This document shows, piece after piece, positions 52,082 to 62,860 of a stretch of 64,000 nucleotides of DNA. A model generated the notes under the pieces. That model saw only the letters and a program-made list of their open reading frames with translations. It ran no database searches and had not been told where the DNA came from. Each line of letters opens with the position of its first letter. Within the stretch, counting starts at the first letter, position 1. This DNA is from Gemmataceae bacterium (lineage in GTDB: Bacteria > Planctomycetota > Planctomycetia > Gemmatales > Gemmataceae): positions 4,990-68,989 of the forward strand of contig DASRBG010000052.1 in NCBI GenBank assembly GCA_035653735.1. Direction: 5' to 3'. Both the position numbers and the translations under genes were made by a program.

Positions 52082-55000
52082 TCAGAGCAAATTCTTCTGC
52101 TTCCTCAGCAGCCATTCCGTCGTCAGCAACCCCAGCGCGAGAGCGAACAATGCGAAGTGGTTCCACACCACATACGGCGGACCCGGCGCGTTGACCGTTA
52201 CGCGCGTGCCCGTGGGGAGATCGTCGAGGAGGCGGTCGGCGTCGGCGATGGTGTAGAAGCGGCCGTGGGATTCCTCGGCGGCGCGTTCCATGTCGGCCTG
52301 GTTCATGCGCAGGCGCTCCATCTCGCCGGGCGGACGCACTACCTTGCACTCAGCTCGCGGCTTGGGCGTTGCAGACGGCGACGCCAGCCAGAATTTGTAT
52401 TCACCTTCCGGCGTCTGGGTTAGAAGCGTTTCGTAAGTGGCTCGGCTGCCTTCCATCTTCGATAATTGCACCGTCCGCACCTCGGAATCGCCGGGCTTGG
52501 CGGAGTTGCGACGCTCCACTGTAACTTTGACTTGGACATCCGGCGAGGGCGGCGGCGCATCGTCGGGGAAACGCACTGTCATCTTGATTGGCTCGCCGCG
52601 CTTGTAAGCGGTCTGCCGATCCAGGCGCAGATCGATGCGGCCCAGGCGTGTGCGCGCCAGGTAGCGCACCGTCTCGATCCAGAAGCGATTGTAATACGCC
52701 TGGTCCTCACGGTAGTTCCAGCGCCACGTCTCGCAAAAGCCCAGGAACATGCTCCGGCCGGCGCCGGCGAATTGCTGCACGACCAGCGGAAAACCGTCCG
52801 CGCCGCCGGCGTTCTTGTTGTCGGCGCCCTTCTTCGGCAACACGGCCAACACTTCCGCGGCGCGTTTGATCTGGTAGCCGCCGGCATGCCAGTACATCTC
52901 GCGCAGGCGGTTCCATATTGTCTCATTCTCGCGGTCATCGCCGGGGTTGAATTGGAATATCTGATGCGTCCGTCCCATCGGCGTCAAAAGCGGACGATAC
53001 GGTTCGTCTGTTGTTTCATCGTCGGGCGCCTTGTCTGTGGTCACATCGATGGGCAGCACATCCTTAAGCGGCGAATCTTTGTAAGCACTCGGCGCGAAGC
53101 GTTCGCCGGCGATCATGAGCAACCCGCCGCCGCGCTCGCGAACGAAATCGGCCAGATCCTTCAAATGCTCCGCCATCTTCGGATCGTGCTGCGATTGCGG
53201 ATCGACATCGCCGAGGATGACCACGTCGAAATTGTTCAATTCCACCTTGGTGGGGAACGCCGAGATAGCGCTGCGATCCTCCGAAGCGAAGTCCGAATCC
53301 GAATCGAGCAACAGGATCTTCAAATCGATGCTTTTGTTGCCCTTGATGCGGTTGCTCTCGCGCTCCAGAAGCGTCTTGAGGTAGTGATACTCCCAGCGGC
53401 GATAGCCCTCGACATAGAGGACTTTGATCTGCCGCGATTCGTGAACGAAGACGGCGCGTTGCAGGCGATTATTATCTGTCGCCGACTCGTCTTCCTGACC
53501 GGGCACATCGATAACGTAGAGCTTCTCTCCCGGTTCGGTCGGCTGGTGCGTGAGGATCACCTTGACGGTCTTGTTCGTGCCGTCGAACTGAACGGTTTTC
53601 TTGTCGAGCACTTTGTCCTTGCCCTTCTCACGCAGCGTGACGGGCACCGAGAGACGGTTAAACCCCTGAGCGGTAACGTTGACCGTGAAGACGAGACGAT
53701 CGTTGACATAGGCACTATCCGGGCCAGTCATATCGTGCAGGTAGAGATCCTGAACTTCCTGCGCATCGCCGATACCGACGAAAAACAGTGGGACGCCCAT
53801 TTGCTGTGCATATTTCGAAACCTTGACGAGATCCTCGCCCTCAGTCGTGACACCGTCGGTGAGCATGATGACGGCAGCCAGCGAGGAGCCGCGGAAATCG
53901 TTGAGCGCCTGGCGCACGGCCGTGCCAAGCTGGCTGGAATCATTCTTCGGCTCGGCCCGTAAGTCGTTGATGGCTTTCAGAGCCGGGGAAACTTCGTCGA
54001 GAGCAGTCACGTCCACGAGGCGGTGAGCGCGGCTGGAGCAGTGGTAGACGTGGACGCGCACGCGGCGGCGCGTCAGCATGTCCGTGAGCCAATCGGTGTC
54101 GCCGCGCGTGATGAGCGCCTGGGCCAGCGACAAACGCTGGGCGTCCGTCATCCCGTCATGCTTGGCCAGCCGGTCGGCGACTTGCTTGATGCGCGTGTCC
54201 TTGTATTGATCGACGCTCGACATGCTTTGCGAATCATCGAGAATAATCACCATGTCGGGCCAACTTTGCCGCTCGAACCAAACGCGATCGCGCGGCAGCA
54301 ACACGGCGAGCATGAGAAACAGCAAACCCATGCGCAGACCGATGCGGAGCAAGCGCCCAGCAGCATCTTGACGGCGCAGGGTTTGGCTACCCTCGCGGGA
54401 GTAAATGCCATAGGCCAGGACAGCGGCGCCGAGAGCGAGCGTGACGGCCAGCCAGGGATCGGCCCGGTTGTCCCAGAGATACGGCAGATATTCCAAGTGC
54501 CAATGACTGCTTTCGCCGGGGGCCGGGGCCTCAATGCCCGTGACACCTTCTAAGAAGCGCCTCCCGGAATCGGGGAGGAACGCGAGGAAATCACCGGTGA
54601 CGGCGTCATGCACGAGAACCCCAGCAATGCCGAGGACGCAGGCGAGCATCAGCCACGGCAAAACGACGAGCACCCATCGCACCTTGGTCCGTGACTGTGG
54701 CTGACCAGCCTCTTCCAGAGGCGTAACGGCGGCGCTGTAATGACCGAAATGCCAGGCGAGAACAATCTCGGCCACCAGCAGCGCGAACACGACCAAGAGC
54801 AGCCAACGGGCCACGATATCGCCCAAGGGCATCAGCACTCGTTCCGGCTCGCCCTCGGCGGGCGGCGCGTGCTTCACCTGGCCGAGGTCGGTGACAACCT
54901 GTATTTCCCATTCGGGATAGGTTTTCTGTAAATCTTCGCGCGTCGTTCGAGCCAAATCACTCTCGCTGATCTGCTGCGCTTCGTTGAGGGCCGGCACGTT

Positions 55001-57121
55001 GACAGCGAACAGATGTTGCTGTGGATGGCTGCCGATCGTGGCTCTGTAGAAGCCGCTGATGTCGGTGTCGGTCCAGCGCAGCACCGCGGCCTCATCCTGG
55101 GCCTGCAAGCGCGTCGTCTCCGTGCGGCCATCGGGCGTATCGATGGTTGCCTCGGCACCGCTGACGGCGTTGGGCAAATAAAGTTCGATTGGATCCCCGA
55201 CCTGGAAAATCTGCTCGCGCAATCGTGCTGCCGAGGCATAATACAGCAATTCCTGCATCAACGGGGCGAAACTCGGCGATGTTGGCCAGTTGTTCCAGTC
55301 GGCGTTGACAGTCGTGGTGATAAGCACGACTCGGCCGCGCAAACGGCCGCTTCCTGCCTGATTGCCACGTTCGGCGTTCGGACTGGCTGGCGGCCGCCAA
55401 TCGAGGATCGCGGGACCGCCCGACAGCGGAGACGCCTTCGGTTTGCCCGGTATGGGGACGGGCGCGAACGATAGAATGCGACGAGGTCCGGCGCGAGGGG
55501 CCGGCTCAGTCTGGATGAACTGCCGAAAACGCGAAGCGAGCAGATACTCGCGCGCCGATTCGCTGCGAAACGGCTTGAGCGGATCGTCGCGGTCGGCATC
55601 CGGGTCGATCGACAACTGGAAGTCGTAACCACTATTGGCCTTGGCGTAGTCGATCAGCCGGGCCGGCAGCAATCCTTTGCCGTCGCGGTAGAGCATGTCG
55701 TTATAGGCGGAAAAGTCCACGTTCGGTCCGAGACAGAAGACGGCACTGCCTCCGCGGCGGACATGGTTCTCCAGACGGCGCACCTCAGCCAAACTGAGGC
55801 GCGGCACATCGCACAAGAAGACGCAATCGTAGGGCGTCAGGTCGCCCAGTCCCTCATCGGAGAATTGGGACAGCGACAGCACTTTCGGCCGGGCCGCCAC
55901 GGTGGACGGCGCGGTCCGCTCATCATAAGGGTTAAGGGCCAGGCGCAGCCATTCACTGGCGCGGTCGAACGCCTCCACCGCCGGCTTGCCGTTGACGAGC
56001 ATGACCGGAACGGTGTTCTTGACCGTGACCACGGCGCTGCGAAGGTCGTCGAGTTCCAGGTCATCGTTAGCCGTCCGCACGACCAGCACGTAATCGCCGG
56101 GTGCGGGGAACTTATAGGTGAAGGTGACGGGCGCGGCCTCGCCGCGCTTGATCTGCTTGACGGTGGTTTCCTTGACTTCGTGGAGATCAAACCCTTTGTC
56201 CGCTCCGGCGCCGCGGGCCTTGCCGACCGACAGGCTCACGCGGACATCGGTGCGTGTCTCGCCGTAATTGGTAAGCGTGGCAACGATGGGCGTCAAATGG
56301 CCGGTGGAGGCCATCAAATCGTCGAGAGCAAGGTTCGTGACGGCCAGGTTGCCCGCGCCCTCGCGGCCGACATCGACGAAAATGGTTTGTGCTCGTTCCT
56401 TGATTTTTTGCAACGTGGCCGACAACGCCCCCGGCTGGCGCGCGATCCAGGTGGATTGTTGCAAATCGGTTAGGAAATACACTTCGCGCGCCGGATACTT
56501 GCCGGGCGAGGCCCGCACCAGGCTGTCGACGGTATTGAGCGTGGCGGCAAGGTCGGCGTTTCCGTGTGTCAGGCGCAGGTTATCAATTTCGGTGATGACT
56601 TTGCGGGCGTCCTCCGACGGTTCCGGCACGATGCGCCGCGGCGGCGAAGCCATGAGGACGACGCTAAAACCGTCACCGCCGCTCGATGCGCGGACAATTT
56701 GAGCGGCCAAGGCGCGAGCGCGGTCGAAGCAGGTTCCCCCTTCAATCTTCAATCCCATGCTGAACGAGCTATCGACCACAAGAATCTTGTGGGTGCGTTG
56801 ACTGCCGGCGGCCAGGCCGTTGGCCCCGTTGGGTGCGAACCAGCGCCACATAGCCTCGGCCCAGGGCGTGACGCTGGCCATCGCCAAGACGAGCAAAAGA
56901 ACGACCAGGCAGCGGAGGGCCAGTAGTACGATCTGCTCCAACCGCATGCGCCGCGAGTTCTTTTTCTGGGCCGCCAGCAGAAAGCGCATAGCAGCCCAGG
57001 TGACGACCTTGAAACGGCGGCGGTTGAGCAAGTGGATGATGATGGGAATGGAAACCGCGCCACCGGCCACGGCGGCGACTGCCAAGGGCGCTTCCACGAA
57101 AGCAAGCGGGAGCCAGTTCAC
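52082..57121 (-). CDS. giant BatA-N-terminal / double-VWA membrane protein
   Basis: 1679 aa. The N-terminus PLAVAAVAGGAVSIPIIIHLLNRRRFKVVTWAAMRFL is an aerotolerance BatA-type membrane anchor. There are two VWA-like MIDAS contexts (KILVVDSSFSMG and MVIILDDSQSMS), internal helices, and a C-terminal region typical of planctomycete BatA-like giants. Confidence 0.9.
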   Translation of the reverse strand: MNWLPLAFVEAPLAVAAVAGGAVSIPIIIHLLNRRRFKVVTWAAMRFLLAAQKKNSRRMRLEQIVLLALRCLVVLLLVLAMASVTPWAEAMWRWFAPNGANGLAAGSQRTHKILVVDSSFSMGLKIEGGTCFDRARALAAQIVRASSGGDGFSVVLMASPPRRIVPEPSEDARKVITEIDNLRLTHGNADLAATLNTVDSLVRASPGKYPAREVYFLTDLQQSTWIARQPGALSATLQKIKERAQTIFVDVGREGAGNLAVTNLALDDLMASTGHLTPIVATLTNYGETRTDVRVSLSVGKARGAGADKGFDLHEVKETTVKQIKRGEAAPVTFTYKFPAPGDYVLVVRTANDDLELDDLRSAVVTVKNTVPVMLVNGKPAVEAFDRASEWLRLALNPYDERTAPSTVAARPKVLSLSQFSDEGLGDLTPYDCVFLCDVPRLSLAEVRRLENHVRRGGSAVFCLGPNVDFSAYNDMLYRDGKGLLPARLIDYAKANSGYDFQLSIDPDADRDDPLKPFRSESAREYLLASRFRQFIQTEPAPRAGPRRILSFAPVPIPGKPKASPLSGGPAILDWRPPASPNAERGNQAGSGRLRGRVVLITTTVNADWNNWPTSPSFAPLMQELLYYASAARLREQIFQVGDPIELYLPNAVSGAEATIDTPDGRTETTRLQAQDEAAVLRWTDTDISGFYRATIGSHPQQHLFAVNVPALNEAQQISESDLARTTREDLQKTYPEWEIQVVTDLGQVKHAPPAEGEPERVLMPLGDIVARWLLLVVFALLVAEIVLAWHFGHYSAAVTPLEEAGQPQSRTKVRWVLVVLPWLMLACVLGIAGVLVHDAVTGDFLAFLPDSGRRFLEGVTGIEAPAPGESSHWHLEYLPYLWDNRADPWLAVTLALGAAVLAYGIYSREGSQTLRRQDAAGRLLRIGLRMGLLFLMLAVLLPRDRVWFERQSWPDMVIILDDSQSMSSVDQYKDTRIKQVADRLAKHDGMTDAQRLSLAQALITRGDTDWLTDMLTRRRVRVHVYHCSSRAHRLVDVTALDEVSPALKAINDLRAEPKNDSSQLGTAVRQALNDFRGSSLAAVIMLTDGVTTEGEDLVKVSKYAQQMGVPLFFVGIGDAQEVQDLYLHDMTGPDSAYVNDRLVFTVNVTAQGFNRLSVPVTLREKGKDKVLDKKTVQFDGTNKTVKVILTHQPTEPGEKLYVIDVPGQEDESATDNNRLQRAVFVHESRQIKVLYVEGYRRWEYHYLKTLLERESNRIKGNKSIDLKILLLDSDSDFASEDRSAISAFPTKVELNNFDVVILGDVDPQSQHDPKMAEHLKDLADFVRERGGGLLMIAGERFAPSAYKDSPLKDVLPIDVTTDKAPDDETTDEPYRPLLTPMGRTHQIFQFNPGDDRENETIWNRLREMYWHAGGYQIKRAAEVLAVLPKKGADNKNAGGADGFPLVVQQFAGAGRSMFLGFCETWRWNYREDQAYYNRFWIETVRYLARTRLGRIDLRLDRQTAYKRGEPIKMTVRFPDDAPPPSPDVQVKVTVERRNSAKPGDSEVRTVQLSKMEGSRATYETLLTQTPEGEYKFWLASPSATPKPRAECKVVRPPGEMERLRMNQADMERAAEESHGRFYTIADADRLLDDLPTGTRVTVNAPGPPYVVWNHFALFALALGLLTTEWLLRKQKNLL

Positions 57122-57146
57122 GAGCGCGATCTCCTCTATCGGCAGC

Positions 57147-57196
57147 GTTTTCGTTTTAGCCGAAGCGCGGGCGTCCCGCCCGCTAAAACGAAAGCG
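57147..57196. repeat. family I unit embedded in a short hairpin
   Basis: AGCGCGGGCGTCCCGCCCGC (57164..57183) is flanked by TTCGTTTTAGC / GCTAAAACGAA. It lies in the 77-nt gap between the DUF58 stop (57199) and the BatA-like start (57121). Confidence 0.75.
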
Positions 57197-57198
57197 AC

Positions 57199-58128
57199 TT
57201 ATGAATGATGGCTGCTGCGCGCCAGTCGGTGCGCCAAATAACTCGACAGCACAATGCCCAGCTGCATATCGGTACGCATCGTCACGTAATCGATGTTCTG
57301 CGCCAGGCAGCCGCGCTGCAATTCCAACAGAAAACCCTCAATCTGCTCCAGATAGCCATCGCGCAGCGAACGCGGATCGGTCAGCATCTCCGGATATTGT
57401 TCCAGGCCGCGAAACAAGGTCGCCTCCTGAAACGGAAACTCCAGTTCGGCGCGATCGAGAACGTGCATGACGATGACTTCGTGCCGCTTGTGCCGCAAAT
57501 GCTTCAACCCATTGAGAACGTCCGGCAAATCGTCGAAGAAATCGCTGAACACGACGATAATGCCGCGGCGCGGGATGCGCTCGGCCAGGTCATGGAAGAT
57601 GGGCGCCAGACTAGTGCGCTCGCGGCCTGCCCCCTTGTTCAGACAAGAAATCATCTGCTTGAGGTGCGACGGCTGACTGACCGGTTTGAGCAACTGGCGC
57701 ACCTGATTGTCATAGGTGACGAGTCCGGCGGCGTCCTGCTGATGCAAGATCAAGTAGGCCAGCGCCGCCGCACCCATGCAGGCATAATCATATTTGCTGA
57801 CAAGAGGTTTACCGTCGTCGCCGAAAGGTCCGGAGCCATACTGCATCGATTCGCTGGCATCCACGAGCAGCCAGCAGGCCAGGTTTGTTTCTTCTTCGTA
57901 TTGCTTGAGATAAAAGCGCCCGGTACGGCTGTAGACCTTCCAATCGAGGTGTTTCAAATCGTCTCCGGGGACGTATTCGCGGTGCTGGGCGAACTCGACG
58001 GAGAAGCCGTGATAGGGACTTTTGTGCATGCCGGACAGATAACCCTCGACGATGAGCCGCGCTTGCATTTCCAGATTGCGAACTTTGGCCAGCGCGATGG
58101 GGTCGAGATATTGGTGGGTGTCTTGCAT
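57199..58128 (-). CDS. DUF58 domain protein
   Basis: 309 aa. GMHKSPYHGFSVEFAQHREYVPGDDLKHLDWKVYSRTGRFYLKQYEEETNL is the DUF58 signature region, followed by a VWA-like segment (LLVDASESM). Confidence 0.9.
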   Translation of the reverse strand: MQDTHQYLDPIALAKVRNLEMQARLIVEGYLSGMHKSPYHGFSVEFAQHREYVPGDDLKHLDWKVYSRTGRFYLKQYEEETNLACWLLVDASESMQYGSGPFGDDGKPLVSKYDYACMGAAALAYLILHQQDAAGLVTYDNQVRQLLKPVSQPSHLKQMISCLNKGAGRERTSLAPIFHDLAERIPRRGIIVVFSDFFDDLPDVLNGLKHLRHKRHEVIVMHVLDRAELEFPFQEATLFRGLEQYPEMLTDPRSLRDGYLEQIEGFLLELQRGCLAQNIDYVTMRTDMQLGIVLSSYLAHRLARSSHHS

Positions 58129-58257
58129 GAGTTTTCCTGATCGCCGCGTCCGCGGAAATTCTCCTCCTCCGGTTTCAATGTATCATACCAATCCAGCGTC
58201 CCGAACTCGAGTCGGGCCGACCGGAATTACGGGAACGTTACTGGCGAAAACAATTGG

Positions 58258-58315
58258 TTAGCGACGCTTCGTAGAAGCGTCGAGCGGCGACGACGCTTCT
58301 ACGAAGCGTCGCTAA
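58258..58315. repeat. palindromic element family G, copy 2
   Basis: 25-bp perfect stem TTAGCGACGCTTCGTAGAAGCGTCG (58258..58282) / 58291..58315 with an 8-nt loop. It lies between the stop of 58335..59927 and the start of 57199..58128. Confidence 0.9.
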
Positions 58316-58334
58316 TCGAAACTAGCGGCCTTCC

Positions 58335-59927
58335 TTAATGATTAAGGCTGAATTCCGCGCTGTTTAAGAGCGCCCAGAACACGTCGGCCAGGGCTAACTT
58401 CGCGTCCTTGTTCGGGCTGCCTTCGTTCACGTATTTCACGAACACTCTCGCTTCCCGCGGCGTGGGCTTGCGCGACAGCGTGGCCAGGTACAGCGCCTCG
58501 ACTTTGCCGGTCGTGTCCAGTGAACGATCATTCACGATGCTCGCGAGTACGGTGCCACTGGTGACGCGAGTGGCATCCGCGATGAATCGGCCATTCATCA
58601 GCATTAGCGCTTGCGGAATCGAACGCTGCATTTCCGTGCGCGGCTGGCCGCCCGCGAAGCGAGCCAGGAATTCCGCGCGGGCGTCAATGGGAGGCGTGGG
58701 CGACTGTTTCGGACTCGCCGGTTGCCGATAGCCGGTCGCGACAACCAAGCTATCGAATAGTTGCTCGGGAGTAAGGCCCTTGATGGCCATATGCGTGAAC
58801 TGACGCGGGGATGTGGAAGTCAAGGCGGGCGCGGAGCTCGTGAGCTGGTAGCCGCGGCTGGCCGTGATGCTCCGCATGAGATAGCGCAAGTCAAATCGAT
58901 GGGCGACGAATTGGCGAGCTAGCTCGTCGAGCAATTCGGGATGGCTCGGCGGATTATCGGGGCGAAAATCATCTTCCGGTTCGACCAACCCCACACCGAA
59001 GAAGTGTGCCCACAGCCGGTTCACTGTGGCGCGGGCGAAGTATGGATTCTCGGCGGCCGTCAGCCACTCGGCAAGTGTGGTTCGAGCGCCGACATTGTAC
59101 TTCCAGCGTGGCTGGGTCGCATCGAGGAAGCGGGCCTCGGCGCTGACGAGGCTGCCGGGAATCTTGATGTCGCGGCGATCGAACACTTCGCGGATAGCGC
59201 CGGCGTTATCGGATTCGCGTTGCAGTCCGGCGAAGAAAGCAGCGAAGCTCCAGAATTGCTCCCGCGTCCAAGAGGCAAATGGGTGGTTATGACATTGGGC
59301 GCACTCGATCCGCACCCCCAGGAACAAGCGGGCCGTGCTGGCGGCCAGTTCCTCCGGTTTTGCGCCCTTGGCCAGGTAAAATGCCCGCGGCGACGGTCCA
59401 GTTGTATCGTTTGGCTCTTTCCGAGTCATCTTGCGCTGCCGAACGCGTTCGCCACCGAAAGAAACGGTAAGCAGCTCGCTAACCATGCGGTCATAGCGAA
59501 CGTTCTCCAAAAACTGTCTGCGCAGCCAATCGTTGAAGCTGTTAAGCTGTCCCTGCACATCGCCGTTGTTGGTCTCCGGGATCAACAGATCGCGCCAGAC
59601 ATGGACGAAGTGATCGACGTGCGCGCCTTTGTCCAGCAAGCGCCGCACGAGCAGAACTCGCTTGTCCGGAATCCGGTCGTCTAGAAATGTCTGCGCTTCC
59701 GCCCGCGATGGAATGCGGCCAACCAAGTCGAGATAGAGGCGGCGCAAATACTCGGCATCATCGGCCAAGGAAGCCGGCTCGACTTTCTCCGCCTTCCAAC
59801 GCGCGGCGAGGTATTCATCGATCTTCCTCGCCAAATCCTGCTCGCTCAGCGGCTCGGCCGCAGTTAGCGGCAGCTTTGCGAGTACAAACACGATTGGAAT
59901 CAAGATACCCATCGCCTCGCTACGCAT
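58335..59927 (-). CDS. DUF1549 + DUF1553 domain protein (planctomycete PSCyt2/PSD1 type)
   Basis: 530 aa with a signal peptide. RRLYLDLVGRIPSRAEAQTFLDD is DUF1549-like and RIECAQCHNHPFASWTREQFWSFAAFFAG is DUF1553-like. No cytochrome c CxxCH module is seen. Confidence 0.9.
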   Translation of the reverse strand: MRSEAMGILIPIVFVLAKLPLTAAEPLSEQDLARKIDEYLAARWKAEKVEPASLADDAEYLRRLYLDLVGRIPSRAEAQTFLDDRIPDKRVLLVRRLLDKGAHVDHFVHVWRDLLIPETNNGDVQGQLNSFNDWLRRQFLENVRYDRMVSELLTVSFGGERVRQRKMTRKEPNDTTGPSPRAFYLAKGAKPEELAASTARLFLGVRIECAQCHNHPFASWTREQFWSFAAFFAGLQRESDNAGAIREVFDRRDIKIPGSLVSAEARFLDATQPRWKYNVGARTTLAEWLTAAENPYFARATVNRLWAHFFGVGLVEPEDDFRPDNPPSHPELLDELARQFVAHRFDLRYLMRSITASRGYQLTSSAPALTSTSPRQFTHMAIKGLTPEQLFDSLVVATGYRQPASPKQSPTPPIDARAEFLARFAGGQPRTEMQRSIPQALMLMNGRFIADATRVTSGTVLASIVNDRSLDTTGKVEALYLATLSRKPTPREARVFVKYVNEGSPNKDAKLALADVFWALLNSAEFSLNH

Positions 59928-59992
59928 GGTCGATTCCTCTCCTCGGTTAATCCTCTATACCACGTAGTGCATGGGAACGAGAGGGATGATCC

Positions 59993-62842
59993 CTATTGAG
60001 TCAGATCCCACCGGCAAACGATACCATCCGCGCCGCCGGAGATGGCCCGCTTGCCGTCGAGCGATAGTCCCACACTCAACACCGGCTTGTCGTGCAGCTC
60101 GAAACTGTCTCGGCATTCTCCTGTTTTTACGTCCCACCAACGAACCGTATGATCGTAGCTTCCGGTCAGAATATGCCGGCCATCGGCGGCGAACTGCACC
60201 GAGCGAACATAGCCGGCGTGTCCTTCCAATCGGCAGACCTCTTTCTTCGTCGCCACATCCCACAGTCGTACCGTGCGGTCGGTGTCGCCGGTGAGCAGCT
60301 GGCGACCATCGGGTGAGAAGGCGATCGCCAGAATCGGACCGCTATGCCCTTCGAGAAAACCGTGCTTCTTGTTGGCGAACGGATCCCACAAGACGCAGGC
60401 AAAGTCCTCAGTTCCTCCGGCGGCTACCATCTTGCCATCCGGCGAGAAGGCGACGGCGTACAGAGCATCGGTTAGCCCTTTGAGCTTCCGCAGTTCGTGG
60501 CCGGTTTGCACGTCCCATAAACGAACTGTGCCGTCGCGACTGCCGGTGACGGCATGCTGGCCGTCGGGACTGAAGGCAACACACGTCACCTCTCTCTTAT
60601 GTCCCTTGAATTGCCGAATCTCCTTGCCATCGGCAACGTCCCACAACCGCACAGTGCGATCGCTGCCGGCCGACAGGGCGAACCGTCCGTCCGTGCTGAG
60701 GGCCACGGCTTGCACTTTATCGGTGTGGCCCTCCCAGACGGCGATCTCTTTGCCATTGCTGGCCTCCCAGAGACGAAGCGTCCCGTCCCAGCTGCCGGAG
60801 AGTATACGCCGTCCATCCGGCAGCCAGACGGCAGCCGTCACCCAACCGTCATGGCCGTTGCAGTGCACCACCGGCAGCCGCCGCGGTTCCAAGCTCCACT
60901 GTTTGAGCATCTCATCCTGGCCGATGCTGACAAGGAAGCGACCGCCGGGAGCGAAGGCAAGAGAACCGATGGAACCATGATGTCCGGCCAACAGCGCTTT
61001 TTCTCGCCAGTCCTCGGTGTCCCAAAGCACCAGGCCGGAACCCGCATGTCCGCTTACGAATTGTTTGCTGTCGGGAGCGAAAGCCAGCGAGCGAACGGCG
61101 CTGCGCTGTTTGCGGGTAAGCACCAATTTCACGTCGATTATTCCCGCTCTCCGCGCCGGAATTTGCCAGAGCTTCAAGGCTGAGTCGCTGCCGCCCGTCA
61201 TCAACATCGGAGCGTGCGGGGCGAAGGTCAGTGCGGTTACATCCCCGGTATGAGCAGACCAACGTGCCGTCTCCTTGCCGCTGGGCACGTCCCATAATTT
61301 GACGATGCCGGTTCCTTTGCCGTCCTTGTCGCATCCACTGGCCAGCAGTTGCCCATCAAGCGAGAATGCCAGACACGCTATGCTAGAATCGCTCGGGGTC
61401 AATACGGCTCGTTCGCGCAGCGGATCGGGCACGGCCGAAGGATCAGGCACATCCCACAGCAAAATGGCGCGATCGGATCCGGCCGTGGCCAGCGTCTTGC
61501 CGTCGGGCGAAAAAGCGATGGCACGGACGGCACCGCGATGCCCACCGAGCGAAGCGATCGACCGGCCACCGCCTACCGACCACAATCGCGCCGTGCGATC
61601 GCGGCTGGCACTGGCCAGCAATTTGCCGTCCGGCGAAAACGCCAGGCCGACCACCGCAGCCCGATGTCCGCGCAGAGTCGCCTTGATTTGCCAGGTTTTC
61701 ACGTCGTACAGCCGGATCGTTCGATCATCGCCAGCCGTGGCCACCGTGCTGCCATCGGGCGAGAGGACGGCGACGGCGTGCGGCCCGTGGCTGCACTGCT
61801 GCGTATGTCGCGCTTGCAAACGCGGCAAGCTGGCATCCCATAAATAGACGGTGCGGTCGGCGGCAGCGCTGGCGAGTTGCCGGCCGCTCGGCGCGAAGGC
61901 CAGACACGTCACGCCCTCCGTGTGTCCTTCGAGGGTCGCCAACTCGGCACCGTTGTTCGCGTCCCACAGTTTGATAGTGCGGTCAAAACTACCCGTGGCC
62001 AACAGCTGGCCGCGCGGCGAGAACGCTACAGAGAAAATACCATCGCTGTGCCCCTCCAGTGAAAGCGTTTCCGCGCCCTTGGCGATGTCCCATAGCTTGA
62101 TGGCCCGGTCTTCGCCGACGCTGGCCAACCGTTTGCCGTCCGGCGAAAACGCCAGGCCGCGGACGGTCCCGTCGTGCCCCAATAGGGCCGCCTTCTCCTC
62201 GAACGTGCCTGTGTCCCATAAGCGGATGCGCCGATCGGCGCCGCCGGAAGCTAGTAATCTGCCATCCGGCGAGAAGGCCACGGCGCGAACGGTCCCCTTG
62301 TGGCGTTTCAGAGTCGCCCGCTCCGCGCCGCTGGCCACGTCCCAGACTTTGACCGTGCGATCGTAGCTCGCCGAGGCCAAGGTTTTGCCATCCGGAGAGA
62401 AAGCTATTCCGTAAATCCAGTTCTTGTGGCCCGTCAGAGTGCGCAACTCCTTGCGGGCAGCGACGTCCCACAGTCTGATCGTCTGATCGTAGGAGGCTGA
62501 GGCCAGGATCTTGCCTTCCGGCGAAAACACCAGTGCGGCGACCGCGTCGCCGTGCCCCGAAAGCGATGCAAGGCGTTTGCCGCTGGCGGCGTCCCAAAGC
62601 TTGACCAGTTTGTCGGCGCCGCCGGTCGCCAGGATCTCGCGGTCGGGCGAATAGACCACGGCGAGCATTTCCGCGGAGTCGTCGCCCAGCGCCGTCGGCT
62701 TCGGATCGAACTTTGTCGGCTCAGGGAACGCCCGTGGCGCGGCCGGCTTGGCTGCGGGTCGTTGCGCGCGAGCGCTTCCGCTGAGGCCCACCGCAACCGC
62801 GATGGTCAGGACCGCTCCGCCGATATGGGAATATCGCTGCAT
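59993..62842 (-). CDS. secreted WD40 protein with 21 repeats (three propellers)
   Basis: 949 aa with a signal peptide (GGAVLTIAVAVGLSGSARA). I count 21 consecutive WD40 units by their terminal (L/V/W)W(D/E/Q/S) dipeptides. Confidence 0.9.
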   Translation of the reverse strand: MQRYSHIGGAVLTIAVAVGLSGSARAQRPAAKPAAPRAFPEPTKFDPKPTALGDDSAEMLAVVYSPDREILATGGADKLVKLWDAASGKRLASLSGHGDAVAALVFSPEGKILASASYDQTIRLWDVAARKELRTLTGHKNWIYGIAFSPDGKTLASASYDRTVKVWDVASGAERATLKRHKGTVRAVAFSPDGRLLASGGADRRIRLWDTGTFEEKAALLGHDGTVRGLAFSPDGKRLASVGEDRAIKLWDIAKGAETLSLEGHSDGIFSVAFSPRGQLLATGSFDRTIKLWDANNGAELATLEGHTEGVTCLAFAPSGRQLASAAADRTVYLWDASLPRLQARHTQQCSHGPHAVAVLSPDGSTVATAGDDRTIRLYDVKTWQIKATLRGHRAAVVGLAFSPDGKLLASASRDRTARLWSVGGGRSIASLGGHRGAVRAIAFSPDGKTLATAGSDRAILLWDVPDPSAVPDPLRERAVLTPSDSSIACLAFSLDGQLLASGCDKDGKGTGIVKLWDVPSGKETARWSAHTGDVTALTFAPHAPMLMTGGSDSALKLWQIPARRAGIIDVKLVLTRKQRSAVRSLAFAPDSKQFVSGHAGSGLVLWDTEDWREKALLAGHHGSIGSLAFAPGGRFLVSIGQDEMLKQWSLEPRRLPVVHCNGHDGWVTAAVWLPDGRRILSGSWDGTLRLWEASNGKEIAVWEGHTDKVQAVALSTDGRFALSAGSDRTVRLWDVADGKEIRQFKGHKREVTCVAFSPDGQHAVTGSRDGTVRLWDVQTGHELRKLKGLTDALYAVAFSPDGKMVAAGGTEDFACVLWDPFANKKHGFLEGHSGPILAIAFSPDGRQLLTGDTDRTVRLWDVATKKEVCRLEGHAGYVRSVQFAADGRHILTGSYDHTVRWWDVKTGECRDSFELHDKPVLSVGLSLDGKRAISGGADGIVCRWDLTQ

Positions 62843-62860
62843 GGCTTCTCCCCTATCGCC

